Shown here: positions 60,101 to 64,000 of the stretch, in pieces
Numbering within the stretch: the stretch's first letter is position 1
Layout: every line of letters begins with the position of its first letter
Assembly: GCF_000002075.1 (NCBI RefSeq)
Contig: NW_004797959.1
Location: forward strand, 65,951-129,950
Length of the DNA stretch: 64,000 nt
Source: Aplysia californica
Lineage: Eukaryota
Reading direction: 5' to 3'
Notes under the pieces: model-generated
What the model was told of the DNA's origin: nothing
The model's input: only the letters and a program-made list of their open reading frames with translations
The model's database searches: none
Position numbers and translations under genes: made by a program

Positions 60101-63100
60101 GCCGACGTCAGCAGTGCCGAACGTGCCGACAAAGCCGACGGGAGAAAAAGGGGGCGCTGGCAGTCGGCCAGGCCTTGCACTACGCACATTGACTAATACA
60201 AGTGGGCCTAGCGATAGCATCTGCCAGCTCGCGGGTCGGGTCACGATTGTCGGATTTCAGACGATTGTCGGCAAACATGCAGGTCTATCATTCATAAAAG
60301 CTTATGTGTTTTCATACAAAAATAACATACTCTCATTCCCCCAGATTACAAGAGAGGGGGANNNNNNNNNNNNNNNNNNNNNNNNNNNNNNNNNNNNNNN
60401 NNNNNNNNNNNNNNNNNNNNNNNNNNNNNNNNNNNNNNNNNNNNNNNNNNNNNNNNNNNNNGGGGAGCCACTGAGACAGAAATAAAAAGGTTCAATTCAG
60501 TGAAACCACTTCATATGTTACCACCCCTAGGGCTAAATCATAGTTGAAATTGTCCAACACAGCCATCCATTATCAAGGAGAAAAGTAGTGGTCGCAGGCG
60601 ATTGTCTTGGAAGGGTAGGCTTTAAAGCAGGTTTAACTGTATTTCTAATCTTAAGAAGAAAAAAAAAGTGTTGTTCTCTGAACCTTTCTTTTACCAAGGC
60701 ACTTCTCCCCTCCAACAGAATTGCACTCACCTCCGTTGACAGGCTGTGGTATATGGCGCCGTACATTCTGTGCGCCGGAAGCGCCGTTCATACTTGGAGG
60801 CGCGTGCTTCAGGTTGATCTGCTGCTGAGGAGGAACAGAAGAATGCTGCAAGGGCTGTGGAGGGGGAGGAGGCAACTGCTGCTGGGAGGAGGAGGGGTGG
60901 TGCTGTTGCTGTTGTTGTATAGAGCCTTGCACCTGGGGGTGGTGGGGAGGAGGGTGTGAAGGGGGTGGACCTTTCTGCTGTTGCTGCTGCTGGGGTGGCA
61001 ACAACTGCTGCTGGGATCTTTGCTGCGGATGCTGATGGGAAGGGTGCCCGGCGTGCAGGGACTGCTGCTGCTGCTGCTGATGATGGTGGTGGTGGTAGGG
61101 GTGCGGGGAGTGGCTGCCCGGGGGGCCGTGGGGTGGGGGGTGACTCCCCTGCTGTTGCGGAGGTTGTCTCTGATGATGCATCGACGGGGGCCCGCCTTGA
61201 TTCCGGTTCAGAGGGGGTCCTGATGAGCTGGGGGGCGGAGGCCCTTGGTGGTAGTGATTGTTCATTTGCCGCGTGTTCATCGAGTGAACGTGATGGCCAT
61301 GGCTGGAAGAATAAGGGGAGTTTTGACGCTGAGGACCCCTGCCCTGACCGCGGGCACTACCATTTCGTACTGGTGGCTCACCGTCCCCTCGGAGAGCAGG
61401 AATAGTGTACCTGAAAATATATTCAGAGGTAAAAGACTTGACTGTCAACAGAGCTCTCGATCACAAAAGCGTAACAAAATTGTATTTTTTAAAATCTTTG
61501 CTTAAGCAAAAACTGACACTGACAAAGTCAATGTTTCTTTTTAACGGAGGTGCAAACGGACTACAGGATGAAAAACAATAAATCCCCAATTTTCAGACTG
61601 TGAAATTTAACAATCATACTGTTCTGCACCAAGACTATATACAAAGTGCAAAATCTTGATTTCCAAATTTACCTGTACAATGAGCATCTCTGCGTTTTCC
61701 AAGCAAACTCTCTTGTAAGCGCATAACAATGAAAGCAGTAGGGGATTCATTTGTCTTCTTCACTGAAAGCACTATTTTGATTCAATGGATTCAATCCAGT
61801 TTTGTTTCTATAATGACCGTTAAAAAAACACACATAAAAGTGATAGATATTGTTCAGAAATAAAGTACGTTCCACCCACAAACAGCAAATTGAGTACAAA
61901 CAACACCGAAAGGTCACTTGCCACGTTATGCTGTGAACTGGAAGAGCCCCTTACCTTAAAAATTTTTTTTTAGGTAAGTGTTTTACTGCCCTTGCAACTG
62001 TATATGGTCATATCATGGGTGAAAGTGATAAGAGATGAATTTGCCTGAAAATTCTGTTGTTAGAGAACGGAAAGCCCGGAAAGTTCATAGTAAATTCCAT
62101 GCCGCCTGAATACACTCGGATCAACGCAAATTGCCTGTTTAGTACAATATATGTAGGCCTATCAATAATTTTCCAAATCCACTGCCAAAAACTATTCACA
62201 AGGAACAAACTACTCCCACTTTGATCAAAATACGTGGATGAAGCAAATGTCTGAAGTATCTTTTTTTCAACAGTGCAACGAACACAAAAAGGATGCTAGA
62301 GAGCACAAAGTGATGGAGAGGATTCTTCAGCAGTCCGTTAAAGCATCGCAAGCCATTCCCACCGAAAGTTAGGATCGGGAAGAAAATGAATCAATTATTG
62401 GAAAAACCCGCTACGCTCCAAAACTACGTCTTTTTCAATACTAGGCTAGGTACCTACTGACGTTTTTTTCTTTATTAGGATTTTTTTAAACACCAGGTAC
62501 ATATTTGTTTATTTTTTTAAAAATACGATTAAAAAAACAACAACAGAAATTTGTCGCACGCAGATGGAATAAAAACTACGGTAGCGTTACCGGCTATGGA
62601 AGACTTGCCCGTCCGGAGTAGCCAGAGAGAATCCCGCGAATGGGTTCAAGTAGAAGGAAAACTTTCATCCCTGGGCCATATGTGCATGCAGGACACATTT
62701 AACATTTCCAGATGGTAGGAAATTTTGTATTTGCCAGGGTGGCGGCCAAAGCATACTCTTATCAATTTGGGGCCACTAAGGAATCTTTGACATACACAAC
62801 TTGCACACGGGATCATAAGATCAGGGGAGTGGCTGAAAGCAGTAGTAAGGGGTTATGGAGGTGATGGGGTGTGGGAAGAAAGTGGAGACGAAAGCAGACA
62901 ACAGAACAATGTTAGAAAGAAGGAAGGATGTGAAAAGAGGAAACGTTCCGTCACTATCCGGATTCAAACTCGGGACCTATTCAATGATAGGCGAACACCT
63001 CAACCTCTTGACCATAAGAGCCCCCATGCCCCTTACCTGCGCATAGCCGTAGCCACTTGATGTAGCTTTCTTACTAACCACCTGTAAACATTCTCATTTT

Positions 63101-64000
63101 TAATTCTTTCTGAGCACATTCTACATCCACAGGTTAATGTTTACGTTGCTTGTTCATTTGTAATAGTTTGAGGGAGTCAGCCATCAATTTTGGTCAATAT
63201 TTTTCAACGAAACAGCTCAAATTTTTTTTTTTAAAAATAGGTCATGTATAATTGGAGTACCTTTCCTCGTAAGGAAAGTTAACTCTTTATCTCCAGCAAG
63301 CTGAGCCGCTAGCAGCGGGCACATTCCTTTATAATGACTTCAACATCAAATTTCTTTTCGAAAATTGCCGAAAACAAGGTCCCTTTTATCGGGAGTTCAT
63401 TTAAAAGATTAAGGAACTATCAAAATAGGTTGGTTTAAAAATCCATTTAGTAATATTATTGTCTTTTAAAAATTTACTACCAAAAAGGGGCCTAGCACAG
63501 TAGGATGTGAAAANNNNNNNNNNNNNNNNNNNNNNNNNNNNNNNNNNNNNNNNNNNNNNNNNNNNNNNNNNNNNNNNNNNNNNNNNNNNNNNNNNNNNNN
63601 NNNNNNNNNNNNNCGAGATAGAATTAAGCAACACAGAATTTTTTTTAACACCCTCACCCAATCAAAACCAAAACTAACATATTATAAAGCAATCCTTCAC
63701 TCAAAAGTGAAAACCTTCAAAATTGTAGAGCAATACTCATTCAAAAGGAGAGCTTTTTTTTCCTCCAAAGCCACACTTTGCAGTCATCAAAGAAATGCAG
63801 CTCTGAAAAATATCAAGGTGATAAGGCACTCACGTATTTTTCCCTCCCCCTCCACTGCCAGAATCGTGTGCCCTGTGTTGGGTGTGGCTGCCGTCCCCTC
63901 CCCGGTGAACAGAAGAATACTTCGCTTCTTCATCGCCATCCGACAACTCCTTGGAGATGCGGTGCTGATATGCATCGCTTTTCTCAATCTCCTCCGCCTT
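45135..64000 (-). CDS. ATXN2: Ataxin-2 homolog, 3' portion (12 coding exons in window; 5' exons lie beyond 64000)
   Basis: Join of 63834-64000, 60731-61410, 58792-59112, 57776-57834, 56658-56887, 55677-55728, 53554-53737, 52688-52818, 51397-51517, 49876-50514, 49105-49242, 45135-45163; all GT-AG and phase-compatible; LsmAD C-terminus and PAM2 motif in ataxin-2 order. Confidence 0.9.
45503..46028. mobile_element. Dispersed repeat (probable DNA-transposon end), copy A
   Basis: ~500 bp homologous to 59790-60288; both stop at CAAACATGCAGGTCTA; opposite terminus not found. Confidence 0.65.
46438..46621 (-). mobile_element. Family R3 retroposon, 184 bp, full length with 11-bp TSD
   Basis: TAACAATACCT at 46427-37 and 46622-32; head GTGGGTGGTTGGCGGGTGCTCTGG; stem-loop tail and (CTAAAA)n end. 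Confidence 0.87.
49105..49242 (-). CDS. ATXN2: Ataxin-2 exon GPPQMPPNPAHNHAQGG...PTMFMP
   Basis: TTTCCCAG acceptor, GTAAGC donor, 138 nt, phase 1-1. Confidence 0.85.
49876..50514 (-). CDS. ATXN2: Ataxin-2 exon, C-terminal P/Q/H/A-rich disordered region
   Basis: Within ORF 49826-50665; CCCTACAG acceptor, GTAGTG donor, 639 nt, phase 1-1. Confidence 0.87.
51160..51310 (+). mobile_element. Degenerate SINE, family R4
   Basis: Homologous to 2350-2512. Confidence 0.55.
51397..51517 (-). CDS. ATXN2: Ataxin-2 exon VINVGNPPRMVAP...QPQPVF
   Basis: TTTTCACAG acceptor, GTGAGT donor, 121 nt, phase 0-1. Confidence 0.85.
52048..52575 (-). mobile_element. Adjacent R1 (52048-52385) and R3 (52400-52575) retroposons
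   Basis: Homology to 469-875 and 46438-46621. Confidence 0.8.
52576..52655. repeat. (AAG)/(AGG) trinucleotide microsatellite
   Basis: Purine-only trinucleotide run. Confidence 0.9.
52688..52818 (-). CDS. ATXN2: Ataxin-2 exon ATVSVGPAVVNETLTAHQVTGQPLLATQ...GYQ
   Basis: TTTGTCTCCAG acceptor, CAG|GTGGGG donor, 131 nt, phase 1-0. Confidence 0.83.
53554..53737 (-). CDS. ATXN2: Ataxin-2 exon KPMVAVATP...PISRKK
   Basis: ATGCAG acceptor after a pyrimidine tract, GTAAGG donor, 184 nt, phase 0-1. Confidence 0.85.
55677..55728 (-). CDS. ATXN2: Ataxin-2 PAM2 microexon (I)LKGSKLNPMAKEFKPSS
   Basis: PAM2 consensus SxLNPxAKEFxP; TTTATTTCCAG acceptor, GTAAGT donor, 52 nt, phase 2-0. Confidence 0.92.
56658..56887 (-). 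CDS. ATXN2: Ataxin-2 exon ESQGTSSVPEASS...DKQDSD
   Basis: Pyrimidine tract plus TTACCAG acceptor, GTAAGG donor, 230 nt, phase 0-2. Confidence 0.85.
57016..57175 (-). mobile_element. Family R3 retroposon (GCACTT/AAGTGC tail variant)
   Basis: Homologous to 46438-46621. Confidence 0.78.
57776..57834 (-). CDS. ATXN2: Ataxin-2 exon EESRNKVNQQLQDFHQNFVL
   Basis: CTTTGCAG acceptor, GTAAGA donor, 59 nt, phase 1-0; resembles the conserved LxxFxxxFxL motif upstream of PAM2. Confidence 0.85.
58792..59112 (-). CDS. ATXN2: Ataxin-2 exon DGQPGNPEASQKVLQQLDISN...
   Basis: ATTCAG acceptor; donor ambiguous (GTCTGT after 58792 or GTGTCG after 58810, both phase 1). Confidence 0.75.
59790..60288. mobile_element. 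Dispersed repeat (probable DNA-transposon end), copy B
   Basis: Homologous to 45503-46028, same orientation. Confidence 0.65.
60731..61410 (-). CDS. ATXN2: Ataxin-2 exon, Q/H/P-rich middle region (YTIPALRG...PQPVNG)
   Basis: Within ORF 60651-61448; TTTTCAG acceptor, GTGAGT donor, 680 nt, phase 2-1. Confidence 0.9.
61965..63025 (-). mobile_element. Family R2 SINE split by a hAT-like insertion
   Basis: Head and body at 62674-63025; end of tail at 61965-62013. Confidence 0.72.
62014..62673. mobile_element. hAT-like MITE, 660 bp
   Basis: 8-bp TSD GGTCATAT/GGCCATAT (62006-13, 62674-81); imperfect TIR CATGGGTGAAAGT / ACTTTCATCCCTG (11 of 13). Confidence 0.75.
63834..64000 (-). CDS. ATXN2: Ataxin-2 exon, end of LsmAD domain (runs off the window)
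   Basis: Frame KAEEIEKSDAYQHRISKELSDGDEEAKYSSVHR matches the LsmAD pattern AEEIE...EE(E/A)KY(T/S)xVxR; GTGAGT donor, phase 2; the ORF-track frame here is not the coding one. Confidence 0.88.

Overview
Eukaryotic, AT-rich, gap-containing animal genomic DNA (invertebrate; a mollusc/lophotrochozoan origin is my inference from the H1 type and SINE domains). Left third: a stand-alone cluster of three intronless linker histone H1 genes with no core histone genes in the window: two tandem copies on the minus strand (the second cut by a 100-N gap) and one inverted copy on the plus strand, each in a duplicated 3.5-5.5 kb block. Both complete copies have a 3' histone stem-loop. Right half: the 3' part of an ataxin-2 gene on the minus strand, as 12 phase-consistent coding exons (LsmAD end, Q/H/P-rich region, PAM2 microexon, C-terminal disordered region), followed by a probable 3'UTR intron and a ~9 kb terminal exon. 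Between them is a 3.7 kb TIR-bounded non-autonomous DNA element carrying a ~200-bp satellite organised as an exact 400-bp dimer. At least three unrelated short retroposon families (one tRNA-headed, two with no tRNA head) share one covarying 3' stem-loop tail, and there are P-, hAT-, piggyBac- and Tc1-like MITEs, some nested. All calls are from manual reading; no database searches were run.
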